Source: Octopus vulgaris (Eukaryota). From it: a stretch of DNA of 64,000 nucleotides. Below the pieces are notes generated by a model that saw nothing but the letters and a program-made list of their open reading frames with translations, had not been told where the DNA came from and did no database searches. The stretch lies in the NCBI GenBank assembly GCA_951406725.2, contig OX597822.1:107570001-107634000 (forward strand), in the 5' to 3' direction. The number at the start of each line of letters is the position of its first letter. Within the stretch, counting starts at the first letter, position 1. The translations under genes were made by a program, and so were the position numbers. Shown here in pieces: positions 12,894 to 27,138 of this stretch.

Positions 12894-14373
12894 GAGTTTT
12901 CTCCACATGAAAAAAGGAAAAATTATCATATACGCATATATATATATATAGGTATATTTACTTATATCTCTGAGAGTGCAGTCACACCACTCGAACACAC
13001 TACACAAGCATAGATATAACGCATAGATACATGCACATATATGTGTTCTTTATATGAATATACTTCCATATAATACGTAAAATGCTTAGTGCGCAACACA
13101 TGTCTAGCCTCCATTAATTCAGCAATTGTCAGCCACAGGTTTGGTATTGTTTTTATTCCATTACCATAATTACTTTGTGCATAGCAAATCATCTCAATCT
13201 TGTAGAAAACGTCTCGGTATTTATAATATCGTTTTGGGAAAACGATTTTGTCTTAATAGTGGAACACTCTACGATGCGCAGTAATTTTCTTAAATAAATA
13301 CCAGCGAGATTAGTTGAATTAGTAAGAATGGTAATCGTATTGTTCCAATTTTGTTTCTTCTGTCGAAAGCATAAATCGCTCTAATTACCGGTGACTTGAC
13401 GTTATTGGTAGTTCCATACGCAATTTCTTTACGCTATTTGCTTGATACGTTAAATCATTTCTTCTTTAATTCATATCCCACTCAGAAATGCTTTTCATTC
13501 CTTCTCTCTAGTTTAGAAAGATTTAGAATCAGACAAAATGGTGGTTTCCCTATTTCCTAATCAAATCCTGACGGCAGTTTAAGCATCTTTTTAGCTGTAG
13601 ACCAATGACTAGACAGCAAAATACAAAATAGTGAAAGTGTAATTGAATTTTAAATTAGACTTGTGAATTACTAAACATTATTCCATCACCCACTTCAGGG
13701 ATTAAGATGTTCTTTTTCAACTTCATTTCTAATCGGGATTTAAGCAAGACCTCATCTTGACTACAGTATCTCGCAAAATTTGATCAAACTAAAATATTTC
13801 CAATCTATAGACATTGCAGAAGATCAAATCAATGCTTCAGCGCGGTGTTTTGATTGCTAATTATTTTTGTATTACGTAAGCAACATGAAGGATATCTCTA
13901 ATTGAACTTGTTCATCTGAGTGCTCATGTTTTTTTTTTTAATTGTAGGATGAGATGTGTCACATCGGCATTGGTCGGTTAATTAGATTGTTCAGATCCAG
14001 CCATCCGTAATGAAGCAATTCAGTAGTCGAGGGTGTTTCACCCACGTCGTTCTCATCTCTCCAAAGTTCCGTCCTTAACTGAACTGGCACCGTGTGACTA
14101 AAGTGAGATTTACTAGTATCAGCAAGCGCATAGAATTTCTTGTATCCTGAGTTCATTGTTGGCTCGCTTGAGCTTGGAGATGATTGCAAATATTACTTCC
14201 ATTGTCATTCCGTCGCAACTACAGTATATTTTGTCAACAATTTGTGCATACTTGATAATGAGAACTCGTATAATGAAGTTATATTATAAACATTGAAAGC
14301 CGAATATCGAATTTAAATCGTAAGAATTTAGTAGTTAATATTTTAATATCAGGATATTTCCTACTTAAAAATA

Positions 14374-14570
14374 AGAGGAGGTGGCAGAATCATTAGCAGG
14401 CTGCACAAAAAGCTTACCGGCCTTTCGTTTGTCTTTACGTTCTGAGTTCAAATTCTGCTGAAGTAGACATTGTATTTCATCTTTCCGAGGTCGATAAAAT
14501 AAGCATCAGTTGATCATTTGGGTCGTTATAGCCTTCCCTCCACCAAAAAATGCAGACATTGTGAGTGTAT
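14374..14570 (+). mobile_element. Old family-A-related SINE
   Basis: ggcagaatcattagca..gttctgagttcaaatt..catctttccgaggtcgataaaataag. Confidence 0.7.
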
Positions 14571-14597
14571 TAGATAGAAGTATTTAGATAAAAAAAT

Positions 14598-15016
14598 AAG
14601 GCGGCGGGCTGGCCAAAACGTTAGCACGCCGGGCGAAATGCTTTGTGGTATTTTCGTCCACCGTTACGTTCTGAGTTCAAATTCCGCCGAGGTCGACTTT
14701 ACCTTTCATCCTTTAAGGGTCGATTAAATAAGTAGCAGTTACGCACTGGGGTCGATGTAATCGACTTAATCTGTTTGCCTTTCCTTGTTTGTCCCCTCTA
14801 TGTTTAGCCCCTTGTGGGTAATAAAGAAACAGGTATTTTCGTCCGCCGCTGTGTTCTGAGTTCAAATTCCGCCGAGGTCGACTTTGCCTTTTATCCTTAC
14901 GGGGTCGATAAATTAAGTACCATTTACGCACTGGTATCGATATAATAGACTTAATCCGTTTGTCTGTCCTTGTTTATCCCCTCTATGTTTAGCCCCTTGT
15001 GGGCAATAAAGAAATA
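14598..15016 (+). mobile_element. tRNA-derived SINE, family A, tandem dimer
   Basis: Head GGCGGCGGGCTGGC.., domain TCGACTTTGCCTTTCATCCTTTCGGGGTCGATAAA (Meta/MESC-like). Body repeats from 14832. Degenerate TSD agaa.tat.tagataa. Confidence 0.9.
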
Positions 15017-16120
15017 AGAAATATCTAGATAACAATGAGTATTGCTTCTGAAGAAATGCAACGCCATACAACACGTTAGAAATATTAATTTCTAACGCGT
15101 TGTATGACGAATGAATAATACACTCACAGTGTCGGCATTTTTTGATGCAAGGAAAGGGCTATAACGAAATAGATATTTCTAACAGAATGATTTCACAAGG
15201 TCTCATATATTGGGAGGAGAGTTTAGTTAATCTTATAGATAACGAGTTCTTATTTTATTGACTCTAGACAGGTGAAAGGCAAATTTGATATTCGGACAAT
15301 TTGAAGAGAATTTGTTAAAAAGCATAGCTAGACGTAACCAGGCACATCGTCTCTATTGTTGCAGTTCTTATACTCTATGTTAAGGTATTTAAAAAGTCAA
15401 AGTATACCTTGAACAATAATGCAAATGAACACATAAACTTGGCGTATAATATAAAAAGTGTGTAGGAGGTTACCCAATAAGATTACATTTATTATAAGAT
15501 TAGTTCTATTTTACCCTGAAGTATTATACTCATAGTTCCGCTGCGTGTTTCAAGAAAGTATATAATGAACCAATCGAGATATTCATTGAATTTGGCATAT
15601 ATAGTGCTTGTGGGAAAGCAGTCATTTATTTAAATGTTGTAAAGAAATGGAAGACTATTCAAAATTTTACATTTGGAGGCTAAAATAAACTGAAAACAAT
15701 AAACTATACTAGAAACACAAAACTATTTCGTTTTCTTCTCTATTACATGCCTCTTTCAATGTAGGTATGTACAATTGCGTGCAAAAGCTAAAATACCGTC
15801 TCGGATGCTCCAAAATATCTAAATTAGTTTTAAATACGCGTATGTTCAAATATCTCTAGTATCAAATTTGATATTCATCGCTACGAAAAGAAACGGTAAT
15901 AGCGAGTATTATAGTAGGTCACGTCACGCGACTCATCACACATAAAACCAATATCTCTTAACAAAAATATATGTGATACTATCTATCTATCTATCTATCG
16001 ATCTAATCTCACTCTCTCTATTTCTCCGTCCATTTACCTTATCATGGATCAATATATGTTACTTGGAATAACTCTCTCTCCTTTTGTCTGTCTGTATAAA
16101 AGTGTGTGTGTATCTGTCTG

Positions 16121-16495
16121 TCTATCTATCTATCTATCTATCTATTTATTTATTTATTTGTCTCTTTCCCTCTATCTATACATCCATTTGTTCATCTACT
16201 TATACACGAAGCTTACAATTTCTCTCTCTCTCACTCATTCACGCACTCACTCGCTCTCTCACTCACTCGATCTCTCACTCTATCTATCTATCTATCTATC
16301 TATTTATTTATTTGTCTCTTTCCCTCTATCTATACATCCACCTGTTCATCTACTTATACACGAAGCTTACAATTTCTCCCTCTCTCTCTCACTCACTCAT
16401 TCACTCACTCACTCGATCTCTCACTCACTCACTCACTCGATCTCTCACTCACTCACTCACTCACTCACTCACTCACTCACTCACTCACTCACTCC

Positions 16496-16530
<35 letters not shown>
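16121..16530. repeat. ~160-bp tandem duplication within (TCTA)n/(TCAC)n
   Basis: ttgtctctttccctctatctatacatcca..acacgaagcttacaatttctc occurs at ~16158 and ~16311. Confidence 0.85.
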
Positions 16531-16531
<1 letters not shown>

Positions 16532-17934
16532 CTGCGTTTAATACGTATCAATTTATAATTTTAGAACAGAAAAAAGTAGCGGTGTAAAATGCATTGAACC
16601 AGTTATAAATCAATTGCTACAGAATATCTTTTTCCTTAGATATCATTTACACATAGCTAACATAATCCGCTTCAATATATTATGTCCAAGTATAAAACAG
16701 CTGCTTCGATGGCTAGCGCTTATCTATTTTAATATCTCTCCAGACAAAATATATCTTTTATACTTTATGTTGAAATATCGAAAGAACAATAGACATTAAA
16801 TGACAAAATTCAATATTCTCTTTCACAAAATAAAACAAAACAAAACAAAAAAAAAAGGTCAAACAAAAGCGAAAATATAAATACACGTAACTTCAGTAAA
16901 ATATTGAACAGACGCTGGGATATTTCTAAGTTAAACTGAAAGAAAGCTAATATAAATAATCCTGTCATTTATTTCCACATAATTCTATCATTTTTAAAAC
17001 AACAGGTTGGAATATACTGTAATTTCTTCGGAAACAAATAGCATTTGGTTTCTCTCGTAAACGAAAATAATGCTACAGTATTAAGGAAGTAAAGTTTTTA
17101 AATAGGCAACAGCTCGTCGTATGTAGAAATGATTTAATGGAAAACAACATTTATAGGCAAACATATCACTCATAAACTTACATCCCAGTATTGCTATGTG
17201 ATTATTTTTTCATCTACTTGAAAGCAGTTCGGTAAAATTTTAGCATTTCTATAAAATATTGAAAGCCGATAGGAATAAAATATTTTAGCTGTTTTGTGTA
17301 GTTTCAATAATATACATGAAATAAACGTTTCGTTCTACCGCTCTACTATTGGATACAAAGTCAGGTTTTGTGGTTTCAGTATATTGGTTTGTATTTGATC
17401 GTTATATGTTATTCGATAGAATTACACATAAAAGATAAGAACTGGCTAAGAAATTGGAGATGGACATACCTTACATTTCATTCCTAGTCTCTTTTATCTG
17501 CTGGATGATAATTATAACCCACCAATGCATTGCATTACGGCTTATCTACTCTGCCACAATCATCTTTCTTGAAACTTAATTTAAACTATTATTTCAACAG
17601 ACGGCGTTCGCCTTCTGACTTGGAGAGGGTTTTTCAACACAATATTCATATTATTAATGTATTTATATGATCATCGTGATCAATTTTAAAAAGGAATTAT
17701 TCCACGTTCTCTAGACAGTTTATAAATTTCTTATGATGTTAACAATATACAGTTCTGGTTGGTTAGAATAAATTTAGTAAAATAACTCCAGAATTTTGGC
17801 GGATCGTTTCTATAATGGTAGACTCCTTGCTATGTATTCAGGAGGCGTGAGTTTGGTTCCTACGGAACACATTTTCCCCACCATCTAAAATGGATTTTGT
17901 CTATCTAATATTTACATATTATTGTTACTAGCTA

Positions 17935-18254
17935 GTGGAGGCGCAATGGCCCATTGTTTAGGGCAGCGGACTCACGGTCGGAGGATCGTGGTTTCGATTC
18001 ACAGACCGGGTGTTTTGTTGTGTTTATTGAGCGAAAACACCTAAAGCTCCACGAATCTCCGGCAGGGCGTGGTGATGACCCCTGTCGTACTCTTTCGCCC
18101 CAACTTTCTCTCACTCTTTCTTCCTGTTTCTTGAGTAACGCTGCGATGGACTGGCGTCCCTTCCAGATGGTGGGGAACACATACGCCATAGAAACCGGGA
18201 CACCAGGCCCATGAGCGTGGCTAGGTTTGAAAAGGACGCATAAATAATAATAAA
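17935..18254 (+). mobile_element. SINE family C, tail type 2
   Basis: Family C head and body, tail ttgagtaacgctgcgatggactggcgtcc... TSD ttactagcta at 17925 and 18255. Confidence 0.92.
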
Positions 18255-18571
18255 TTACTAGCTATATATGTACATCGGAATCCAATTAAAAAGCAAAAAC
18301 TCTTTAATGGAGGTTGCAGTAATGTATTGAATAATAATATTTGAAGTTGTGAGGATCGAAGTTTGCAAGAATCCTCCATGCAACTTGCCTCTCGTTAGTT
18401 TTAAAACAGGTGCTATTAATAAAGTCCCTGTTTCTATTGTGTAAAGTCCAGAATCTGAAGAAATCTACTGACATTTGTTTGGCGTCCACCTCCTGTTCTA
18501 CTCTTTTGCTCATTTCATCTCAAACAACCTGTCTTCCTTTTTCCTCTCATACCAACCATTTACTACACCCT

Positions 18572-18808
18572 ACCTATTTCTTTACTACCCACAAGGGGCT
18601 AAACACAGAGAGGACAAACAAGGACAGACAAACGGATTAAGTCGATTACATCGACCCCAGTGCGTAACTGGTACTTATTTAATCGACCCCGAAAGGATGG
18701 AAGGCAAAGTCGACCTCGGCGGAATTTGAACTGAGAACGTAACGGCAGACGAAATACGGCTACGCATTTCGCCCGGCATGCTAACGATTCTGCCAGCTCG
18801 CCGCCTTA
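18572..18808 (-). mobile_element. SINE family A monomer
   Basis: TSD atttactacaccct at 18558 and 18811. Confidence 0.93.
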
Positions 18809-19691
18809 ATATTTACTACACCCTGCCATTTATTTAATTCCCTTCAGTCAGGTTAACATATACCACTTCATATTTCTCAGCTCCATCTTCAGGTTTAATA
18901 GACAGAAACATAAGATTCGCCACTCCTGATGTTAAGCTTAATTTGTGATATTGTACATACTTTCATTGCCTTAATGTTCACCAATTCATTTAAAAAAATT
19001 TATCGTATTCTTTAGAGAAAAATAAAACAAAATACAAATAGCTTTGTGAAATAGTTTCAGAAATATTAGGAAACGTAAATACTCGAATCAGAGAGAATTG
19101 CATTCTTATAAGCTTACCGTTTAAAGAAACGAGGTTTAGGTCAACAAAATCCAAACATCGTGTTGAAAATAGTTGAGACTAAAAGGTCTTTGTGTGCATA
19201 AGACATTGTTTTTTTTAGCAAAATGTGCTTCTTGACAGCTACTTTACCCGAAGTACCTAGGTATTTTGTTGTATCTCGTGAGCGTCATTACGCCAGCAAT
19301 ATACAAATGATTTGAGTCAATTTCACTTCATTAATATTCGCTAATCAGTTTGCTGTTTAAGCACCCAACAAATCGATTCTTTTATTAATCAGCGGTTAAT
19401 CAATAAATCAGTTGCGTTCGGCAAACTCCTTTGGTCGCATATCGTGAACTCTTCAATGACAAATCAGCTTTACTCCAGGTCAGCATCAGATCAAAGTATA
19501 GAGCTAAAACGAAATACTTACATATTTACATATTAATACTGCTTAATCTAACTCATTAAAGCACATGAGGTCAATATTAACTCATAAAATATGTAAATGT
19601 CTGTAGCAGCCGATGTACATACATACGTAATATATATCTATATATATCCACACACACACACACATACACACATATACATACACACATACAT

Positions 19692-19723
<32 letters not shown>

Positions 19724-19749
19724 CTTTATATACATACATACGCACAGTG

Positions 19750-20060
19750 TTCTGGGTAGAGTATCTAGCTTACGATCGTGAAGTTCTGAGTTCGATTTCC
19801 AGCCTGTGTTGTGGTATTCAGCAAGACACTTTATTACAGGTTGCTTTGGTTCACTCATCTGTTTCCATGAGTTACAACGTCACTGCGGCCAATCTGTAGC
19901 AATCTTTGCCTTTCTCTTGGATAACATCCGTGGCGTGGAGAGGGGAGACCAGTATGCATGGGCGACAGTTGGGCTTCCAAAAATGACCTTGCCCTGACTT
20001 GTGCATAGGAGGGGAACTTCTAAATGCAATCCCATAGTCATGTGACCTAAGGGAGTCTTT
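19750..20060 (+). mobile_element. tRNA-derived SINE, family D
   Basis: B-box GAGTTCGATTTCC and a CORE-like segment; tail homologous to 39373-39805. Confidence 0.75.
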
Positions 20061-20989
20061 ACTTTGCGTACATAGATACATACAAACATACAAACATACA
20101 CACACACGCCACACGCGCACCCATGCGTGCACACACTCACACACACACACACACGCAAACACACACTCATAAACACGGAAAAGAAATAACATTAAAATAT
20201 TTTCGCAATCGGTGTATTTAGTGTACAAAACGAAAAAGAGAAACTCAAATTGCACTCGCTGTGGTTATTAATTAACATAATTGATAACAAGATTAGAAAT
20301 CGCAGAGAATAAAGTATTGCATTAAATTAAAATCAAGGAAGTTATACCCATTATATAAATTTGTGAGCAGATAATGAATTTTTTTTTTTTAATCAAAACA
20401 GTGGTCCGAAATTACTGATTCGGAAAACTAAACGTTAAATCGGTGACAAACACTTGCATTGCTACACTACTCGCTAGGGGTGCAGAAGCTACGTACGTGT
20501 TTTTGGATAAATATCTTGTACTTCTTTCGCTTATAGTGTAACAGCTATTTCTAACGGTTAGCCGGACCATGTTGATGTTCCCTTTTGGTTCTTCATTTCT
20601 TCATAAATTAACATAGTACTAAAAAAGCTATACACTTTTAAATATTTTAGGATTTAATATTGCCGTCCTGTGCTTTAGTGAGTTAGGTTAAACATAACTA
20701 ATATGAAAATATGTATTTTGTTTTAGTTTTAAATTTTGATGTGATGCTGACCTGGAGTAGAGACAGCATGTCATTGAAGAGGTCACGGATGGCGACCAAA
20801 GGTGTTTGGCGAACACAACTGATTTATTAATTAGCCGTGTGATTCATTAAAGACTCGATTAATAAGTGGACTAGATACCCAACTAGATGGCTTATAATAA
20901 TAAAAGTATGACATTGACTCAATGCGTGTGTATATTATCTGGTGTAATGTCGATCACCTGGTACAAACACATTCGTGCAGAACCGTTAA

Positions 20990-21178
20990 CCTGATGGTTA
21001 AAATGCTTAGCAGCATTTCGTCTTTCTTTACATTCTGTGATCAAGTTTTGCCGAGCTCGGCATTGCTTTTTATCCTTTCGGGGTTGACAAAATAAATATC
21101 AGTTGATCACTAGGGTCGATGTAATCGATTTACCCCTTTCCCGCTATTAATTGCCTTGTAACAAAATTTGAAACCAAA
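20990..21178 (+). mobile_element. Old family-A-related SINE
   Basis: aaatgcttagcagcatttcgtc..atcctttcggggttgacaaaataa..caaaatttgaaacca. Confidence 0.7.
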
Positions 21179-21937
21179 AACATCCGTCACAATACTTCTA
21201 GTAGTAGCATAGATTTGCTTGAAACTTCTTCCAACATCAAAAATATGCTGCTGCCATTTAGAAGGACTGATCACCATGCCATTCCGAGGTATTTATGTGA
21301 GACATAGAAGTTTTCTGGCCATTGTGATATTGATTACCTCTCTGTTTAATCCTATCGCTTCTAGATTCATAGTAATTTCGATGATTCCTCAAAGGATAAA
21401 GTTCACTGAAATATTAATACTGTGCGCTGTTTTACTTTACCATTTCCATATCCCATTGATAATGACTAGAGACAATAATACCTATATATTTTGATACCGA
21501 AATATATTCAGTTAGAGGCACGAGAATACAAACTTGACACGGCAAAGAAACATTCCCGAGAGAAGAAATTCCGCATTGATCGATGTTTCATGTCAAGTGG
21601 ATAACATAATGAAGTTAAAGGAAACGTACGACTCATTAATAAACAAACGATATAGAATGAACATCTAAAATATGGAATAGCTTAAGACGATTTTATTCAC
21701 TGCGTATGATACCATGAGACACTGGGTCTCTGAATATCAGAAAGACTGAGGATTTACAAGAATGTATTCAGACAAGAAACACTTTACTACAAAGCAGCAC
21801 ACAGCTCTCTCTCTCCGGCCGAAATATATCTATCAGTTAAATTCACAATGGCATACAAACTCACACGAAAGTAAAAGAACATAATGAATTTTGCAGTATT
21901 TTCAAGAATACTATGCTGGGTAAATTCAGTAGTATTT

Positions 21938-21971
<34 letters not shown>

Positions 21972-22775
21972 GATTCAGAGTCGTTAGAACGTGGCACAAA
22001 ATTACCATGTGGTAACGAGTCTCCGGTTCATTATGCAATTGTCTATCTCCGTACCTCAAAATTTCTTAGATCCAGCTATTTACGTTCTGTGTTCGAATCA
22101 ACAGTTAATGGATCAACATTGTTTTTCATCACTCTGGATTTAATAAGAAAAAAATGCCAGTTTGTGAACTCGCAATAAAAATCGCCATTCGCCACTTACC
22201 TAGATCTCAATATTTCTGATGCATCAATCACATGATTTAAACCAGAAAGATTTATTTTCTCTTGTACGATTAGTATAGTTTGATCCTCAAGCCAGCTTTA
22301 GTTCATAGACACTGTCTGACTTATTAAATAACTGACAAATCAACCACGACACAATGACGTGCAAATCATGTCAATTGTTTCGGTTAAAATATCTTCAGTC
22401 GGTCTCGGGGCAATGTCCAAATATATCCTGCATACAGAAATTGATAATGTTCCGGGTCGTTCGTCGACTCAATCCAGCCAATTGGCACACAGAAGCCCAT
22501 TCGCCATATATTCAGTTCATTACATTTCAGTTACTTTACACAATCACTTGGAGAGAGTGAATCACATGATTTACTTTGATCGCAACGCTTTACTCCAAAA
22601 TAAATATACTTGTCTAAATAAATCTTCTAGAAGTAGAATTTGTTTTAGTGTTAGAAAGAACTAATATATACAATAGAAGATATCTAGGTTATTGCTATAC
22701 CGTCTACATTGTATTAGTATTAGCCACAGTAGAATACAAGTTTAGTTTTGTAATGAAAGTTAACGTAGAAATATA

Positions 22776-24065
22776 AAAGGCCATCCCATAAGTTCTGTCA
22801 GATTTTACCTTTTTTTAAAACATTGAATGAAATTTAATAGTATTTTAGAATGTCTAATGGAATTAAAAATTATTTTTATGCATTTGTGTACATTTAAACT
22901 AAATATTATTTTACAGAATAATAGAATTAAAATTCCTTTGATTAAAACCCTTTCTAACATGGAAGTATTCAAAGTGCATTTAAGGCACATAATGCTTTAT
23001 GAGTACAGAAAAGGAAACTCTGCAGCCGAAGCTACTCGAAACATACACTCAGTCTATGGGAAAGAATGCTTGAATGAAAGAACTTGCAGAAGATGATTTG
23101 CAAAATTCAGAATTGGAGATTTCAGCCTTGAAGATGAAGATCTAACAGGACGTCAAGTTGAGTTTGATGATAAGGCTCCTTGAGGCATTACTTGAAGAAT
23201 ATCCTGCATTATATGTTGAAGAATTGGGAATAAAGCTCAGTTCAAACCATACAATTATTCATCGTCATCTTCAACAATTGGAAAGGTTCTTTAACTTGGA
23301 AAATGGATGCCCCATGAATTGTCCAAAGGCAACAGCAAATCCCGAGTTGACATCTGTTTTTTTTTCTCCATTCTCACGAAATCATTTCACCCTTTTTGGA
23401 TAGACTGGTGAGTGGTGACGAAAAATGGATCTTCTATCGAAATTTTAATCGTTGTAATCAGTGGCTTGGTAAAAGAAAAAAAAGCTCAACCACAACCGAG
23501 AAGGGAACTTCATGGAAACAAAGGTTCTTCTCTCTATCTGGTGGGATTGCAAAGGAATAATTCACTTTGAATTGTTACCACCTAATGCAACGATCAATGT
23601 TCAAGTCTACTGTCAGCAATTAGAGCGTTTGTACCAAGCTTTGAGGAAAAAATACCCGCTTTAGGGAATCGAAAAGAAGTGATGTTTCATCAGGACAATG
23701 CGCGACCCCATACTGCAAAGATCACATCACAGAAGATTGAAGTGCTTGGTTGGGAAAAAATTCCTCATCCACCTTAATCTCCCGGCCTTGGTCGTTTAGA
23801 CTAACATTTGTTTCGTTGTTCACAGAATCATTTGGGGGACATAACTTTCGCAAACCAGGAGGAGGTCGAAACTGACATTTCAGAGTTCTTCGCTTTGAAG
23901 CCAACAGAGTTTTACATTGATGGGAGTAAAAAGATTGTAAATAGATGGAAGGAAGTCACAGATAATCAGGAAAAGTACATTGATGATTAAATTTCAATTA
24001 AATATAATATTTGATCATTTGTTTTCTTTATTCAAAATTCGGACAGAACTTATAGGATGACCTGA
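22776..24065 (+). mobile_element. Full-length decayed mariner transposon; transposase pseudogene 22959-23990
   Basis: TIRs aggccatcccataagttctgtc / gacagaacttataggatgacct. MEVFKVHLRHIMLYEY.., WMPHEL, GDEKW, HQDNARPH, PHPP*SP; multiple stops and frameshifts. Confidence 0.93.
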
Positions 24066-24560
24066 TTGTAAAAGATTTAGTTTTATTTGCAGTTGAATAC
24101 ATGAAGATACAACCAATACAGAAATAAATAAGCATGTACAAGCCTGCAGTCATTTAGATTCGTGTTGTACACAAACTGTGTTCAAAAATTTCTTAATCAG
24201 AAAGAAAAGTTTAAACATTTCAATAGATATGTGTTCTTCAGAAACATTCTTAAATTTATAGCTTATGCCTCAGAAGAAGACATCTGCTTTACGAACTTTC
24301 GCAGTAAATAACATTAGTGAGCGGATACGTTCTGTCTGTTATGAATTATGCCAGATACTTGCATCATATTTCAAGAAGTTAATCTGGATAACGTATTTTT
24401 CTCATTCGCACCATACAACAAATAATTTATGATTGTGTTGGCAATCATTTATGTTCCCTATTAGCCTAACACGCCGAGTTCTCTTGCCCAATCCCATTAC
24501 CAAATATAGATGCTAATGTCTACGCGAATATTTTGACCCAAATCTTAAATTATACTTTAA

Positions 24561-26016
24561 TTCATATTAAGAACCAGAAATTATCAATTTGTTTTGAGAG
24601 CATAGGCAGCAACACTATCATTCACAAAACTTGCAATTTTTCTTCTCAATTCGTTGACTAATATTTAAATTTACTTCTGATGGTTTCCGTCAAGAGCTAC
24701 TTAGAAATGTCGTAGAAACCACTCAAAAGAAATTACGAAAAGTAAGGGTACTATTAATACGGCACTTGTTGATAGTCCATGCAACTATAGTGACCATGGG
24801 AGCAGTAGTGAAGGTATTAGGGTGGCAAAAGGCGACAAGCTGGCAGAATCGTTAGCACGCCGGGCGAAATGCTTAGTGGTATTTCGTCTGCCGCTACGTT
24901 CTGAGGTCAAATTCCACCGAGGTCAACTTTGCCTTTCATCCTTTCGGCGTTGATTACATAAATACCAGTGATGCACTGGGGTCGATATAATCGACTTAAT
25001 CCGTTGTCTGTCCTTGTTTTTCCTCTCTGTGTGTAGCCTCTTGTGGGTAGTAAAGAAACAGGTATTTCGACTGCCGCTACGTTCTGAGTTCAAATTCCGC
25101 CGAGGTCGACTTTGACTTTCATCCTTTCGAGGTCAATTAAATAAGTACCAGTTACGCACAGGAGTCTATATAATCGACTTAATCCGTTTGTCTGTCCTTG
25201 TTTGTCCTCTCTGTGTTTAGCCCCTTGTGGGTAGTAAAGAAATAGGTATGAGGGTGGGAAATATTGAACTAATGTCTTTTCTTCTATGGTGGTGGTAGCG
25301 GTAGTCGTGGTAGTGATGGTACTGCTGATTAAGAAAAAGTAGAAAGAAATGTTTTGGTTAGTCGTCCTCACAGTGCTGGTTGTAGTTCGCCATCTGACTT
25401 CACCATTCTTGTTGTTGTTTTAGTTAATACCGCTATTTCCAATCCGTAGAAGAAATGGAATTTTTAAAAATAATTAAACCTAATCTAAAATACTTCAAGT
25501 TGTTTGTTTTCAAGGTTGTCAATAATAATCGTAATAGATAAAACACTCGTGGTTCCTGCTGACGCTAGAGTCACGGATGGAGGTTGTTGCTGTCATCTTT
25601 CATCATGAAAATATTTTAATAACAGATCATCCACACAATACTTTGCGATGCTAGAATTTTCCTCCAGAATTTGGTCACTCTTCTCTACCATAGACTTTTA
25701 TATAACGCAAGAATGATTAGTATGCCGTTGGTATTACCCAACAGGTAAATACTGTGATCTCAAACGGCTGTCAGTTGCCTTTCAGAGTTATTCTGCTTAC
25801 CATATTATATTTTTGAAATCTGAAACACATTCTTTTCCTCACTATATAGAAATGTCAAGAGCTACAACATTTCTAAGTAGCTCTTGACGGAAACAATCAG
25901 GAGTAATTTTAACTATTATTCAGCGAATTGAAAAGAAGAATTCCCAGTTTTGTGAATGATAGTGTTGCTGTTTATGCTCTCAAAACAAATTGATAATTTC
26001 TGGTTCTTAATATGAA
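24561..26016. repeat. ~155-bp inverted repeat pair (24561-24715 and 25862-26016)
   Basis: Arms are diverged reverse complements of each other. Confidence 0.9.
24830..25243 (+). mobile_element. SINE family A tandem dimer
   Basis: Body repeats from 25061. TSD aggtat(t/g)agggtgg(c/g)aaa at 24812 and 25244. Confidence 0.92.
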
Positions 26017-26817
26017 ATAAACAGATAGCAAGATAATGTTTCTTGCTATCTGTTTTAAATATCAATAGAGATCAAAAAGAAATGATAATCAACATATCGA
26101 AAGTTCGCCTAAGAAAAGGTTTCAAATTTCGGCTCAATTTTGAAAGGATTTCTGTGCTCGGCAGATACTTATTTCGTCGACCCTGAAAAATCTACCGTTT
26201 CACCGCCGTAGATCAAACCAAACAAGAAAACAAAAGAGAGAAAAACACGTTTGTTGTCCAAGAGATAAAGAATATTATATCTTCTCTATATCACACACAA
26301 TTTTTAATTTAGATGTAGATGAACTCTAGGAATACAATCGATAATGTAGCGCTTTGCCTTTTCTCTTTACCCTAACAAAATGAGTGGTCATGGGTGGAAC
26401 ACTCTCTTCACAGGTTTGCTGAATCAGGGCATAGCAAGATTCCAAAACAAGACAATCAGAACAATCCCAGGAGCAATAACACCGAGAAAATCAAAAAGGA
26501 AAAATCAAACTACTGGATATGGCAATCGAAACCATGCTTCGGTTAACGAGGTGCAAACTGTTGCTAGTGAGGCAATTCAACAAAATCTATCATTAAACAT
26601 TGACGATAAGAATAATGGCAGAGTTAATTTCTACTGCACCTCATAAAGATAAATAGAAATAGTTACTGATATAGAGCAATAATTTCGCTAAATTACTGAT
26701 AGAAGAGATCACGTGATCACTGTAGAAAACGTGTGTGATGTTATTGCATATTTGATCGCCAGGAATACGCACACATTTACATATACGCATAAATACTTAT
26801 ATACACAAACATATGCT

Positions 26818-26855
<38 letters not shown>

Positions 26856-27107
26856 TTCATGTATGTATGTATGTATGTATGTATGTATGTATGTGTGTGT
26901 ATGTGTGTGTATCATATATATATATATATCGCTTTTTGTGTCTATGTTTGTATTTATCTATCTATATATCTGCCTACAGATATATTTATCTCAATATATA
27001 GAAAGATATTTAAATAGTCTTTATATCGTTTACGAAAATTTAAAACTTTCGTACTCTTTCCCTTCATAGCATTTATATGTGTGTGTGTGTGAGTGTGTGT
27101 GTGTGTT

Positions 27108-27138
<31 letters not shown>

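Noticed and set aside
13948-14189. Acceptor-like site on + and a 76-aa ORF on -
   Set aside because: Plus frames close within ~20 codons; no motif in the minus ORF
16044-16587. LSIY/SLTH-repeat ORFs (also 43877-44359)
   Set aside because: Tetranucleotide repeat artefacts
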